A stretch of 60,329 nucleotides of DNA, filler included, from Platydemus manokwari (GCA_037951405.1; 6 parts of 6 records of this genome joined end to end with filler, not necessarily neighbours in it), one strand, 5' to 3'; shown: positions 27,561 through 40,999, counted from the first letter of the whole stretch. Notes: generated by a model not told the origin, from the letters alone. A program made the numbers and translations.

Positions 27561-28379
27561 TAATTATTTTTTTTAATTTTTTATTTTCACTAAATTGGAA
27601 ATTAGGATTTAATTTAATTCATGAATTTGTAAATTTTAATATTATTTTCAAAAAAAAACAAACAAAAATTTATTCACTCTAAGATATTAATTTCAGCAAG
27701 AAAATTGAAAAATATCCTCTGGATTGCATATGAAAATAATTTTTATTCCCCACCTTACATAAATACCATACTACTTATATAGCTTAGTAGTTTGTTATAA
27801 TTAATTAATGTTTTTTTTAATTTTAATAAAATATGAAATCTACAACTTAAATCCATCCTTATTTTTATTGGAAAAATATTCTACTAATATAATTGATTAT
27901 TTCAAACGAGTTTTCAACACTGAATTAATTTACCTTGGAATATTTAAAATAAATAAATTAATTAAATTTATTTCAAGTTTTAATCTGATTTATCTAATAT
28001 AAAATATTATGAATATTATTTCCCTATTTAAAATGTTTAAAAACCAACTATTTGAATCGTTCATTCGACATTTACACTTACCGACATTTAATATTTTAAT
28101 ATTTCAAGATTATTCTGCTGATACATCGATAATTGTCATGAAAATATTCTCCATTCCTAAAGCTTATTGTTTTAATGAAGTAACTATAGCAATATTAAAA
28201 CAAAATCCATTGATAGAAATGTTAAGAAAATAAAAAGTTATGTCGTTCATTTCGAAGAATATTGACAAGCTATTGTCCATTTGAAGACATTACAAAAATT
28301 GTCAATATCCATAGAGACAGTTCATAAAACAAAGACAAACATTTAAAACGACCAAACAATTGAAATATCATTTCATACA

Positions 28380-29298
28380 ATGAAAATTATTATTATTTTA
28401 ATCATATCCAAGCTAACAAATATTCAATGTCAAGTGAGATTCATGGGCAAAATGGTTTGTGTATATAATGCAACAGCTACAATCGATACGAGGGATATTT
28501 TAAATTGTGTTATTCAGTGTATTGCTGTTAATTGTGAAATATCTCACTTTGACGAGCAAAAGTCGCAATGTAATTTCTACCTATTCACAGAAACATGTGA
28601 ATCTCGAAACGTTTGTAATTATGTGAAGGCATTTTTCAATGAAAATCACTCATCAAAAGTGAGATGATTTCTGTTAAATATGGATATTGATTGATGATTT
28701 ATATTTACAGTTTGTTACTCCAATATTAGCCAGATATCAAATATTGAAAAACATACCTGTGCCTTCAATCGATAACTTGAGTTACTGGTTTAGTATTTCA
28801 AAAGATAATCAAATAGAGCGCCTTGGCAATAATAGTTCAAACAAATTCACTAATACTGCAGTAGCACAACATAAATCAAGCCGATTAATTTTGTGGGGCT
28901 CTCTGGATTTTGTGTTAAGTCTTAATAACTATAGCTCAGGTATTCAATTTTTGGCTAACAATATAGTTACATATTTAACTGATGGGAAATGCACCAGTTA
29001 CTACAACTGTTATCATTCGATTGATTACTTCAATAATTACATTGGGGTTGACAATATAGTGTTCGGTATTGTGGCATCATCAATATTTGATGTTGAATTG
29101 TTAATAGAATTGGCATTGTCATACAATTGGAGATTTATTGTTGCAGGAAGAAATTTTGAAATCAATACGAAATCTGATGTCATTAAATTACTAAACCTCT
29201 TCGGATTTTGCACTCATGCAAACGTTGGAGTAGATGTTTGGAGAGTAAATAACAATATTTGTTTTCCCACAAGACAAATTGAATACACTTGCAATTAA
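28380..29298 (+). CDS. Secreted protein with N-terminal PAN/apple-like Cys domain; exons 28380-28658 and 28711-29298, 288 aa
   Basis: Signal peptide MKIIIILIISKLTNIQC; CxxxCxxxxC...F...C spacing; a 52-nt phase-0 intron (GTGAGA...TTACAG) joins two track ORFs in frame. The gene model is firmer than the domain call. Confidence 0.8.
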
Positions 29299-31743
29299 AT
29301 TATCTGCACAGAATAATTTGTAACAGAATCAATATTTTTATTAGATATCGATTTGTCAGCACATTTTTTAGAATTGCGTAATTATCGCTTGGTCGATTAG
29401 ATTAAAATATGTCATTATATTTTTTTATAATATATTATCATTCTATATTTTGTATTTATTTTTGGTTTATAAATATGATAAAAGTTTTGAATAATTTTAG
29501 AGGAGAATTGAAATGTACTTCCATAACAAAGATTGAGTTAAAACTTAAAATCATGAATTACACAATTGGTTTCATTGCTTTTAAATGCTTTGTTTATTGA
29601 CAATCATCTCTACAAACATCCGTGAAAGTATTATTAATATTAAAAACCGATTGTGTAAAAACATCAGTATTAAATCCGATATGATAAAACTCCTCAATTT
29701 AATTAAACCAGTTATAATAAATTGTAGGTGTATCGATTTTATTTTTGTTTCGTTTATTGTTTCCCTATTAGCTATACAGTAGCCACTAATAACGCTATTT
29801 GTTTCTTGGTTTTACTAAACAATGAAAAATTTTCTTTGTTGTTTATGGAACATTGAAATTATAATGTGTCTAAAGGAGATGTTTTCAATTTTATTTCAAT
29901 TGTCATCAATATTGACATTAACATAAACAAAAACTCAGTATTCTTTTAAAATCACAATTTTATTTATCCTTAAAGATACAGCAAGAAAAATAAAAAATAT
30001 TAACAAATACATAATAAAGGTGTTGCGAATATTTTTATTTTTTCTTAGTTTTTTAAAAATGTAATTGTTGTCAAAGAGACAGAATTCGATTATTCGAAAC
30101 CTATTTTTCAGTTATTACATTTAAATATATGAGTTTAAAAGTCATAAGACAAAGAAATTCAAACAATTAAGATGATAAAAATCTGTGCAAAAAAATTCCA
30201 ATTTAATTCTACTGTTACGTTCAGGCCTTGTCGATTTTATTGTTTAACTAAGCTTAATTCTACTTGATACCACTACTCTCTAAATCAGTCTGTATGAGCC
30301 ACAGGTGTAATCTAACCTTATATTGATGTTCCGTCACCTCGCACAGCTTTATTGTGTGAAGACAATAGGTGTGGCAGTATTGATATATTTTAATTAACTA
30401 TAATCCTGATTAAAATTGTTAACAATTTTAATGCCAATGAAAAAATGAATAATAACTAAAATTTGTTGCTACAAATATTTATTAAGAATCAACACTAATA
30501 CAAAAGCTGATTATCAACATCAACTTATATATATATATATATATATAAAGGACGTTAACAACTCCTGGATAAAGAAATGGCAATTTACTCCCACTCGTGC
30601 AGCAGAACCAATTACATTCAACAAACTCGATAATAGGAAATAAAACGATACAATATATGATATGAATCAGTATTTTACACGAATGGATCTTACTTTGGGG
30701 TCTTCCAATAAAATACTGGGCATATACATACATCAAAAGAATAAACAAAGAAATAATTTGAAAAATGTTATTTGGTATTGATGAGGATGTGTTTGAAGAT
30801 TTTTAATATTTATTTGCTACACATTTGGACAATATTTTGAGAAAGACTTGTTTTATCGAGGCCACGTAGCGTTAGTTTTAAATGTTTATTTTTTTTATTA
30901 ATTTACTTGAATTTTTATCTTTACTATCTAGTTTTCTGCACACCAGTTGCTCTTCTGCCATTTATGTCTAATTTCTATCCATGATAATTCGACTCTAATT
31001 TAATGCTTCTCAGTTATTGTTGTTTTTTTTTATAAATTTCAGGTGCACTTAAATTATTATAAATTTCTCTCTTATTTTATGTACAAGTGACAACTGAGTG
31101 TCACCATGCATTGTTAACTTATAAAAACTTAATTTGTCATTGATAACATTCGGCTATTTTTTCTTGTCAGCTAAATTGTATAACTTTTTGATTAAACGTT
31201 GATATTTTATAGGTCAAATTTATGACCCAATAACAAAAGTATAGTACGAGTGAATATAGATAACAAATATACCAAACTTATTTAAAATGTTACAAAGCAC
31301 TGTTACAAACATATACAGTTCTAAAATTTTCCAAAATACGATTTTACCCTTGACATAATCTTCTACATTGCTTAGTCATTAATCTTATAAAATAAACTTA
31401 GAAATCAATTCGAAGCTAGACAACAATATTTATTAATCCATGTTATCACATCATAAATGGATGATAAAATTTTGATATTATTATCCGAAGTTCTTCATTG
31501 AATTTTATAGGTTAATCACTTTTAATATGACAATCATTATCTGAAATTAAATATTTTAATAAAAAATTACAGTTTTTTTTCTTAAAATTTAATTCAAACA
31601 TAAAAATAAGTAGTTACCATAAAACATTCCCGTTATCATCATTAAGATCTCCTTTACATACATTAATATGAATGAAATTTATACTATCATAAACAACTGA
31701 TAATAAAATTCATTTATTAGGTCAAATCTTTACTAATAAAAAT

Positions 31744-31843
31744 NNNNNNNNNNNNNNNNNNNNNNNNNNNNNNNNNNNNNNNNNNNNTTAATTAATTAAN
31801 NNNNNNNNNNNNNNNNNNNNNNNNNNNNNNNNNNNNNNNNNNN
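31744..31843. other. Artificial contig spacer
   Basis: N44-TTAATTAATTAA-N44. Confidence 0.97.
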
Positions 31844-32299
31844 TAAACTGAATTGGTATGAATATTATTCATCGACGCCACACTATAAATTAAAATTTTG
31901 CATGCATTTTCAACAAAACTTAAAAAATTTTAATTAACCTAAGTTACTTTGGTAAAATCCTCGTAAATATCATTATTTCTATTTGAGCTTCATCCTTTAA
32001 AATCTTTTTTATGATTGCTATGTAACATAATAATATAAATTCTATTGACGTATTATCAATGTTGTTTTGTATGTTTTTTGCGTTAAATAATTTTCCAACC
32101 CATTGTATAATAAATTATACAGTTAATTTTGCATTCTCGAGATCTTATAAACTTATCACACAACACATTTCATTTTTATGTATGAATCGCTGTAACATGT
32201 TTGGTAAATATTTGTTAATATATTTCTAATGTTTGTTTTTGTTTGTTTTTCTCAAAAAATTTGTGGATTTCTAGGATTCTAAATTTGTTTCCCCACTTT

Positions 32300-33660
32300 A
32301 TATTTGAAAGGACCAGAAGTTAGATGCTGAGATCAAATGAATGATAGAAGTATTGAAACAAGAATCACCAAAAGCACAAATAACCAATGAGCAGGGTAGT
32401 GTCTTAAAATTAGATAAAAACACCCTGATGAATTACAAAATCAACAAAGAAGGGTTGTTGGTGAGGAGAAGAGATGATGGCAATGAGGTGATAGTATTAC
32501 CTAAAAAATATTGAGAGTAAATTCTATATCAATACCATGACGGTGCTTTGGGAGGACACCTGTCTAAGAGGAAAACTACATCCCGAATTCAACAGAAATA
32601 TGATTGGCTCAGTTTAACAGACGATATTAAAAACTGGTGTGAAAAGTGCCACCAGAAACAGTACAGCTCTGAACGAAAGTACCTTTAAAGCCAATCGAGC
32701 CACCGTCAAGGCCAATAGAGTTTTGTGCCATGGACAACATGGGGCCATTGCCAGAAACTCCAAAAGAACATACATATATCCTCGTGTTTATGGATTATTT
32801 TACTAAATATGCAGTAGCATTTACCATGAAAAATCAAAAAGCCGAAACTGTTGCAAAGTTGTTGATCGAAAAAATAATATTCAGATACAGGCCTCCAGAG
32901 AACCTGCTCACGGACAGAGGAACCAACTTTCTCAGTGAAGTTATACAAGAGTTAACAAGAATATTTAATACCAAAAAGTTATGTACGACGGTATACCACC
33001 CGCAAACTTATGGTTTAGTAGAGAGATATAACAAAACTTATCAAGAATTATTATCGGTAGTCATAAACAAAAGTCAAAATGACTGAAAAGACTATATGAA
33101 GATATGCCTTTGGGTGTGTAATAATACCATTAATGGCATAACCGGATATGAACCATACTTTCTTATGTATTGGAGAAGAGGGTTAATGTTGGAAGACTTA
33201 AAATTCAGCCAGCCAAATGATGCAGTATATAAGGAAGATCCAACATATAAAATGATAAAATGAAAGGCAAAATTATGGAAATATCGAGAAAAATGAAAGC
33301 AGGAGTGAAGTTTCCCTAAGAACAATATAAAAGCTATTATGATAAAAAAAGCTAAGGAACATGACTTTAAAGTGTGTTACAAAGTACGGATTTATTGCCC
33401 AGAAGTTGGAAAGGGTCTAACATCCAAACTAAATAGGCCATATAAAGGACCTTTCCAAGTGGTCAGAGCAAAGCCCACTAATTTACAGCTCGTGGATTGC
33501 AAAAAGAAGCAAGTAGACCCGATTGTTGTGCATACTAATCGATGTAAACGGGCTGAAACTGACAATACGTTTGTTAATAAAGAGGAAACGATCAAAACGA
33601 AAGCTGATCCACAACCCGAAACAACGAAAATATAACTTTAGGCAAGACGCACAGCCAACA
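32300..33660 (+). mobile_element. Ty3/Gypsy integrase region (pseudogenised)
   Basis: YHDGALGGHL...WCEKC (zinc finger), MDNMGPLP...DYFTKYA, LLTDRGTNF, YHPQTYGLVERYN (DDE core), YKGPFQV (GPY/F motif), RKYNFR terminus; several stops and frameshifts. Confidence 0.93.
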
Positions 33661-34456
33661 GCCAGGTATATAAATACCATAGGGAAAAAGACGTGGGATA
33701 TTCACGACCATGATGATTTGTTACCAGATAGACACCACCACGGCGAATTCAAATACTTCCACAATTGGAAAATCGGATGGCGACAATGGGATCGCTGGAT
33801 AACGGAGATTAAATCGAAGTATTCTTATCATACGGACGAATGGTGATTGAGACTTATAGAATACTCGGAAATCACTATAATTTTTCATTTGTAAGGTCAA
33901 CGAGTCACAGCTCAATCTTAGATAGAATAGAGCCACTACTGAAAGCTCTAAGTTCAGATGATGGGCAGGATGAGACTGAATCAAGGGTGGAATATGGGAA
34001 TTAAGATAACAAATGCAGAAGTAGATCCGCTGGAAAATGGTAATTATTTTTTACATGCTATAAAAAGATCAGCGGGTAGCATCAGCGCAACAGTAAAATA
34101 ACAAAAACCACCCATTTAATTAATAATATAAATATATGGAAGAAACAGTGTAGTATGCCAACTAATTTGGAAACCACTAAAACTTAAGAAGGCGTTGGTT
34201 CAAAATTCATTCAAGATCTACCACCATTTGTATATGCAGTTTCACTTGCATACCATTTGTCAATAAATCTATAAGTTTAAGTAAGCGATAATTTGTGTAA
34301 ACAACTGATCAATAATATAATGATGTTTATCTCTTATTATCGAGCTTTGACTCAAATTCTTTTCGCTAATGGGTTTTGCTCCTAAAGCATGGAGGTTTTA
34401 AATAGTCTCTTTGTCCTGAAAATTGAAAAGGTCCTCGTGATAGGATTAAGTTTACA

Positions 34457-35175
34457 TCGTGTGGGGAACTAACCAGGCCATTTGATCCAACCAAATTAAC
34501 CAAAAATAAATATAAATTTATATAATTTTTTTTTCAAATTAAGTCTAAAATTAAGAAAGTAATAAGGACAAAAAACTATAAATACATCCTAAAAATATCA
34601 AAAGTAAAACATGTTTTAATAAATCAAAAATTATATTTGTTTCACTACTCCAAATGATTAAAGTATAGTTTCGACCTCAAGATCATAAAAAATGATCAGT
34701 AAAGCTATTTTTGGCAACTGCGTCAGTCCTAAAGATTATTGGTTGTTACTATTTTTGGCACTGACGTATAAGTGTTGCTAATAATAGTAACCGATGTAGA
34801 GAAAATAGCTAACGTTGAACACAAAGCAGTCAAGCAGGTATAAAAGAAGAGACCAACCCACAGCTGTCGCATAATTTTGACTCAGTAAAACTTTGTATGA
34901 AAATTGGACAAAACTCATTTTTGAAGACTATTGTATGCCAAATTTGAATAGAAACTTTTGAAGACTATTGTATACCAATGTTGATTTGAAGATTTTAATG
35001 ATGCATCTCACAAGTAAATTTTTTTAACTGCTCAATTATTTTCGACAACATGGCTAGTTTTAGTCTTGAGATCTACTAAAATCAAATAGGTTTTACTTAC
35101 AGGTTCCCCACTTTCTGTATTTTGTAAGAGAGATATGCCCGGCCATCTAAGCGGCACGCTCTATACTTTTTCTAG
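34457..35175 (+). mobile_element. Non-autonomous Helitron-like element, copy 1 (719 bp)
   Basis: 5' A|TC at 34456/34457; 3' GC-rich imperfect hairpin (GCCAT-CTAA-GCGGC) then CTAG|T at 35172-35176; homologous along its length to 36289-37027 inverted. Confidence 0.75.
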
Positions 35176-36288
35176 TGGGTTCTTTTCCTTATTTTACCTG
35201 TTAATTATTTGAAAATATTTTATTGTGTTGACTTATTTTTTTACTATATCTATTTTAAATATTATTTATTATTAAAATGCCGAGTGACAGAAAGCAACAA
35301 CAACCTTTTTTGCCTGGAGTCCAGATAAGTTAAAGATTATAGCGGAAAATTATTATTAAATCCTTTTGATATAAGTATTGATCAATAATTTTTACAAATT
35401 GTATATTTTTAATTTGAACTATCAATTAATAACCTATAAAATCATTGTTATATTTATTAATTTTATCTTCATTAACCCACTAAAAATCACTGAAGTAATG
35501 ATTAATTCAATACCCAATTATATAAATTACTAGCATCAAAATATAAAAGATAGTTTTTAACTAATATTGATTCTTATTAAACGATTCCTTTGGATTTATA
35601 TTTATTTTTTTTCTAATTCGTTCATAACCTATTTAAATTCAAATTTTCTGGATAATATTCTATATTATCATTGGTAAAATTATTGTTTCGGTTACCACCC
35701 CATTTCCGAGGATTTTAAAATGTTTGTTGACGTCCAAAAGATTCGAATGTTTCAATCTGTATTTTTCGTTACTAATTAGTGCGATACAAGCCCCTCTAAA
35801 ACTCCATAAAACATAGGAAAACAAATACAATCTAAAACCTGACTTCTAATTGTCATAATCGACATAAAATAATGACACAGATTTGGCATGCAACTGGTAT
35901 TTGTTGTCAAGAATGGACATTTTTTACATTGATTCATTTAAACAAATTGTTCTAGAACATTATGTTAAAGATTGTAGATTATTAAGGTAGAACTTCGATT
36001 GAGTTCATATTAAAAATGCACAATTTTTAAAAATTTTTTGATTAATACTTATCTCAGAAGGAGTTTATAATACTATTAAGCTATAATCTTTAACTTATTT
36101 GGACTCAGCAGATAAGGTTGTTTTGCTGTAAATTGTCACTCGGTATTATTGTAGTATTACAGTAGTATTATAGTAGTATTACAGTTAAAATATAAATAAT
36201 CAAAACAAATAAGACAACATAATAAAATATTCAATTTTAAAATACTCAAAATAATTATAATTTATATTGTATTAAGCAAGAGTAACAT

Positions 36289-37027
36289 CTTGCAAAAAGT
36301 ATAGGGCGTGCCACTTAGGTGGCCGGACAAACTTCTCTCAAAAAATAAAGTGGGAACCCGAAGTTTGAGTTTAAGTTTTTTTATAGGATCACAAGGCTAA
36401 AACTAGCCATGGTCGTGTTTTAATTAAAGAAATAAAAAATTGACTCATTTTTATAACTGGAACAATGAAAATAATAAATAGTTTCCTTCTAATGTAAGCC
36501 GGTCAAGAATATTGGTTATTAAAATTCTTCTTCGAATAAATGAGATAAAACTGTGTTGTTAAATTTGTATCGTCAAAACTGTACCGATATGAAATTTGGC
36601 AAAAATGGTGACTGCTTTCGGTTTATATGTTGTTTAGAGTGCTTTGTGTACATGATTAGGCAAATTGCCTACATGTGTTACTATTTTTAGCAACGTTTAC
36701 ATGCCAGTGCTAAATCTAGTAACAACCCACAATCTTAGTTGATGATTTCACTAAATTGGGGTGATCTATTTTTAGGACTGACTTAGTTACTGAAAATAGT
36801 TTCTGACCTTGATGTCGGACAAGTAATTTAATTATTTTAAAACATATAAACAAATATAATTATTTATTTATTTAAGCACTATTTAATTTATGATATTTTG
36901 TGATTTTAATTCTTTCGCCTATTTCTATATTTACATTTTATTACCTAAATTAAAAAAAAGTTATATTGATATTTCTTATTGGTTAATCATTCGGTTGGGT
37001 TGAAATGGCTCGAATAGTTCCTCATGA
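36289..37027 (-). mobile_element. Non-autonomous Helitron-like element, copy 2 (739 bp), inverted
   Basis: On the minus strand it starts A|TCATGAGGAACT, has a perfect hairpin GCCAC-CTAA-GTGGC and ends in a degenerate CAAG. Confidence 0.7.
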
Positions 37028-37713
37028 TTCTATAAATTTTTATTTTTGGATTTAATTAAATTATTAAAGATTTTATTTAAGAATTTTTCAAAGAATATTT
37101 ATCAAGAATTTTTAATAATTTTAGGAAACTTAATTTTGTACATACTCGACACGGTGATGATTTTTTAAAAAATGAATTTAAAAGATTTTATCATTCTGTT
37201 TTATTTATTAATTTGTTTATATAAATGAAAGTTAAATCTAATTTTGTGTCGTGACTTTTCAGTTTTTTCCAATGCATGCTTCATTAAAAAGCAGCATTTT
37301 GCAAAGGTTTCAAAAAATTATTTTGATTCTACTTAGAGTCTATGATGAATCTTCTTTTTTCTACAAGATTGGTTCTCGAAACATAATGATTTTAGATCCT
37401 CTACAGATATCCATTGGTTAGAAGTGACATCACATATTAATACAAAATATCGATTTTACACTGATACAATCACTCATCAAATACATCATTAAATTAATCG
37501 AAACTGATTTGTTATAATGAATAATTTTTACTATTATGATGATACATTTTCAATTTATAACTTATTTTATGAAACTATTAGTATTTCTTAAAAATTTGAA
37601 TATTCTTGTTATCAATAATTATTTGTAACTTAATGGTTTGTTTAAATAAATTAATTTTTTAATTAAATATCCCTTTTTGCCATCGACAGTATTAAAGGAA
37701 ACCTAAATTGAAA

Positions 37714-38366
37714 ATGTCCATCCGGAAGAAGCTTGTTATTGTTGGTGATGAATGTTGCGGTAAAAAGAGTATCTTAGATGTTTTCTATAAAGACAAGTCT
37801 ACCATAAATTATGTGTCGACGGTTTATGAAAATTATATGGTTGATATTTTAATTGATTCCGAATTAGTATGGTTTTCGTTTCTATTGATGATGATCTGCT
37901 TCAATATTAGATAGGGCTGTTTCTGATAGATGTTAGCGGTCAAGAAGAATTCGATAAAACGAGGCAGTTGATCTATCCGGACACTGATGTTGTTTTGATG
38001 TGTTTCAGTATAGATTCCACTGACAGTTTTAAAAGCGTCACACAGAAATGGATACCCGAGGCAATTTATTTTGGATTAAAACTTGTGATTGGTTGATTTT
38101 AAAATCAATTAATTTCATAGGTTAAACATTTCTGTCCAAATGCACCAATCATACTTGTCGGTAACAAAAGCGATTTACGCAATGAAAACAGTGACAGGAA
38201 AGATGATAAAAACCAAATGGGAATTATCAAATATAAAAAAGGAAAATCGTTGGCTAAAAAAATTGGAGCTCACGCTTATGTTGAATGTTCAGCTAAAACA
38301 ACGAATGGGGTTCGCGAAGTGTTTGAAACAGCAACTAAAGCAGCATTGAAATTGAAGAAAAAATAA
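37714..38366 (+). CDS. Divergent RhoA/Rho1-family small GTPase; exons 37714-37866, 37911-38060, 38121-38366; 182 aa
   Basis: Spliced protein follows RhoA throughout ([69 protein letters not shown]). Intron 1 is 44 nt GT-AG; intron 2 is 60 nt GC-AG. Confidence 0.93.
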
Positions 38367-38693
38367 AAAAGTGAGATTAAATGAGAACTAAAATAATTAA
38401 TTAATTATTTATTCCATGATTGGGGAGGGAATACTTATGCTGAATATCTCTGATATTATCGATAAATCCAAGATATATTTGTTAATTTGTATGTTTAATA
38501 ACGCTTAAATCTATCGTTAAGCATAATTATTGGATGGCTTTTAATCTCGAGTCACAAATAATAATTTATTTATTTTATCTGAAAAAAACTTTTGTGAATA
38601 AAAATATTTATTTGATATAATTGCTTGTCAATATCAAAATATTAAATTAATTGAGCTTTGCTATGAATAAAGATGAGAATTGTGTTTTTAATA

Positions 38694-39165
38694 TGTTGGG
38701 TGAGTCGCAAAAGCAAGCAAAATAGCCACGAAAACCATGGAAATGACCACTAAAGAGTCTGTGCTTACATATTCGACAGGCACACTTGCCAATGCTCAAT
38801 GAGATTCTTCCTAATCATCAGTGTGTAGTGAGAGCTCAATGATCAATTGGTGCATACCGAAATCAGGCAATAAACATCGACCTACGCTAATACAAACCGA
38901 CTTGTGAACGACTTTAATGGTTGGAAATAGATTTTCGGAGACAAAAAATTATCACACACAATACACACGCAATAGGAGTCGGATTTCACGAGCGTCAGTT
39001 AGTCCTTTTGGTCGCTAACTTTTATTATGTGCGACTTGTGTGATTTTCTGACAATCAGTACTAGTAGTTGTCTTTTGTTTTGCTGTTTAACTTTCAGATG
39101 GTGATGTCATTTTGCGTTGATTATCCCTGGTTAATTTTACCTTATTTTAATATTAATTGGTGACA
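38694..39165 (+). mobile_element. Possible solo LTR of another family
   Basis: GC-richer non-coding island with TGTTG...TGACA ends; no TSD or second copy confirmed. Confidence 0.25.
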
Positions 39166-40636
39166 ATTCATGTTTCGTAATCTATTGTTCTTCATAATTT
39201 AATTTTATATAAAATTAAATCTACAAAACTTTAATTCAATTTTAAATGCTCACATCCTTCTTTCTTTAAAATCTTTGATTTACTTTGTAATCTTCTATCG
39301 AATACTCTACATATTTATCTACGAATTATCTTTTATTATTCTAATTTTTCATATCTCCTCTAAATCTTCTTTTTATAATCCAAACATCTTCATCTTCCTT
39401 TTCCATAATTCTCTGAATCAAATCCAAATGCGTGGTCGCCATGTAAGCCACAACTATTTTATAAGAGACACATCAGTTGATAAAATAGAAAATAGATAAA
39501 AATTAAAAATTAAATATATTTAGTTTAAATAATATATATTTTATTTATTTTTTCAATTTTGGTGAATTTTCAATAATAAAGGATTATCGAATTTAAAATA
39601 AAAATTAAATAAGATTAAAATTTTAAAATAAACGTAAATAATGGTTGACTCCTTTTCTTTGCTTGATTAGTAAAATTAAAAACTATATTACCAAAAATAC
39701 CACAATCGTAATCTCAACAAATACAAGTAAACCTCTACAACTCATAATGGTTATAAACACATGACAGAATCAGCACCCGAAAGTCAAAAACAAAATAGAA
39801 AGTAATCAAAAATACTGATTGTTGAAAATCACAGATAAGTTACCGACCAAAAAGACTTGCTGTTACTCATAGAACTCAACCTCTTTTATAGACCAATCGG
39901 TCGTGTCTGCTTGATGTCACGTAGATTGTTCTTAAATTTTCCTCGTATATCTTATGCTGTTGACAGATTTTTTAGTTTGCTGTCATTTGTAGACATGTGC
40001 TTGTCGATTATTAACTTCTAAATATGGATTAATATTAGAACGAATCTGATTGGCTGATGGTACATGTGTATCTATGTGTGTTATTTCCTTGATTCTTGTA
40101 CCTCTTTTGATTGATTTGTGATCTACTATTGATTCATTAAAGTAAAAATCTCTTAATTTGTTTGTTGAATAAAATCTTTATAATAAAGAATATATTTAAA
40201 AGTTATATATGAGTCCTCTGAGTTCCTAATTTATAATTACGAAATACTTCTATATATATATGGATGTCATTAGACAATTTTATTCGACAAAATGTCATGA
40301 ATGTGCTTTACCAAAAGGTGATTAATTGTGTGTTGTTTATTCCGAATCTCACAGATATAAATATTAAATCTGTCATAAAAATTTATAAATTTATATTTTA
40401 CCACACATTATCAGATAACTTATCATAACCAATCAATAATATTTATATTGGATTACATTTCAGAATCTGAATGGCCACGATTGAACTTTAATAATCGAAT
40501 ATCAATAGAATCGATAATTAATCATCTGAACATATTGAATCATATTGAATTATCGTGTATTATGATTAATCACGTGGATATAATCAATAAAAGTTTTTAT
40601 TATATATTTTCATTAAATAATCACAATAACGGTTGT

Positions 40637-40736
40637 NNNNNNNNNNNNNNNNNNNNNNNNNNNNNNNNNNNNNNNNNNNNTTAATTAATTAANNNNNNNN
40701 NNNNNNNNNNNNNNNNNNNNNNNNNNNNNNNNNNNN
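40637..40736. other. Artificial contig spacer
   Basis: N44-TTAATTAATTAA-N44. Confidence 0.97.
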
Positions 40737-40870
40737 AACAATAATAATAATAATAATAATGATAATAATAATAATAATAATAATAATTGTGATAATAGTA
40801 ACAATAATAGCAATAATAATAACCGTTATTTATGTAATGATAATAATAACAATAATAATATTAATAACAA
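40737..40870. repeat. (AAT)n microsatellite at contig start
   Basis: Directly visible. Confidence 0.9.
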
Positions 40871-40999
40871 TGCTTAGTCAAGAATATTAATAGCAATAAT
40901 ATTAGAAAATTTTTTGTCCCTATTAAGCTAAGTTGTGCTATTTATTTAAATAACGAAAAATGTCCTTCTACCTACCTGTGAGATTTTTGGAAAGAATGT

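Noticed and set aside
35277-35333. Short ORF MPSDRKQQQPFLPGVQIS in the spacer between the Helitrons
   Set aside because: 18 codons, no convincing splice donor and no homology.
37670-37690. Spliced-leader trans-splice acceptor upstream of Rho
   Set aside because: A pyrimidine tract plus CAG is present but cannot be distinguished from a 5' UTR cis-intron without transcripts.
37708-37914. Truncated 68-aa Rho ORF as a pseudogene
   Set aside because: Splicing two short introns restores a full G-domain.
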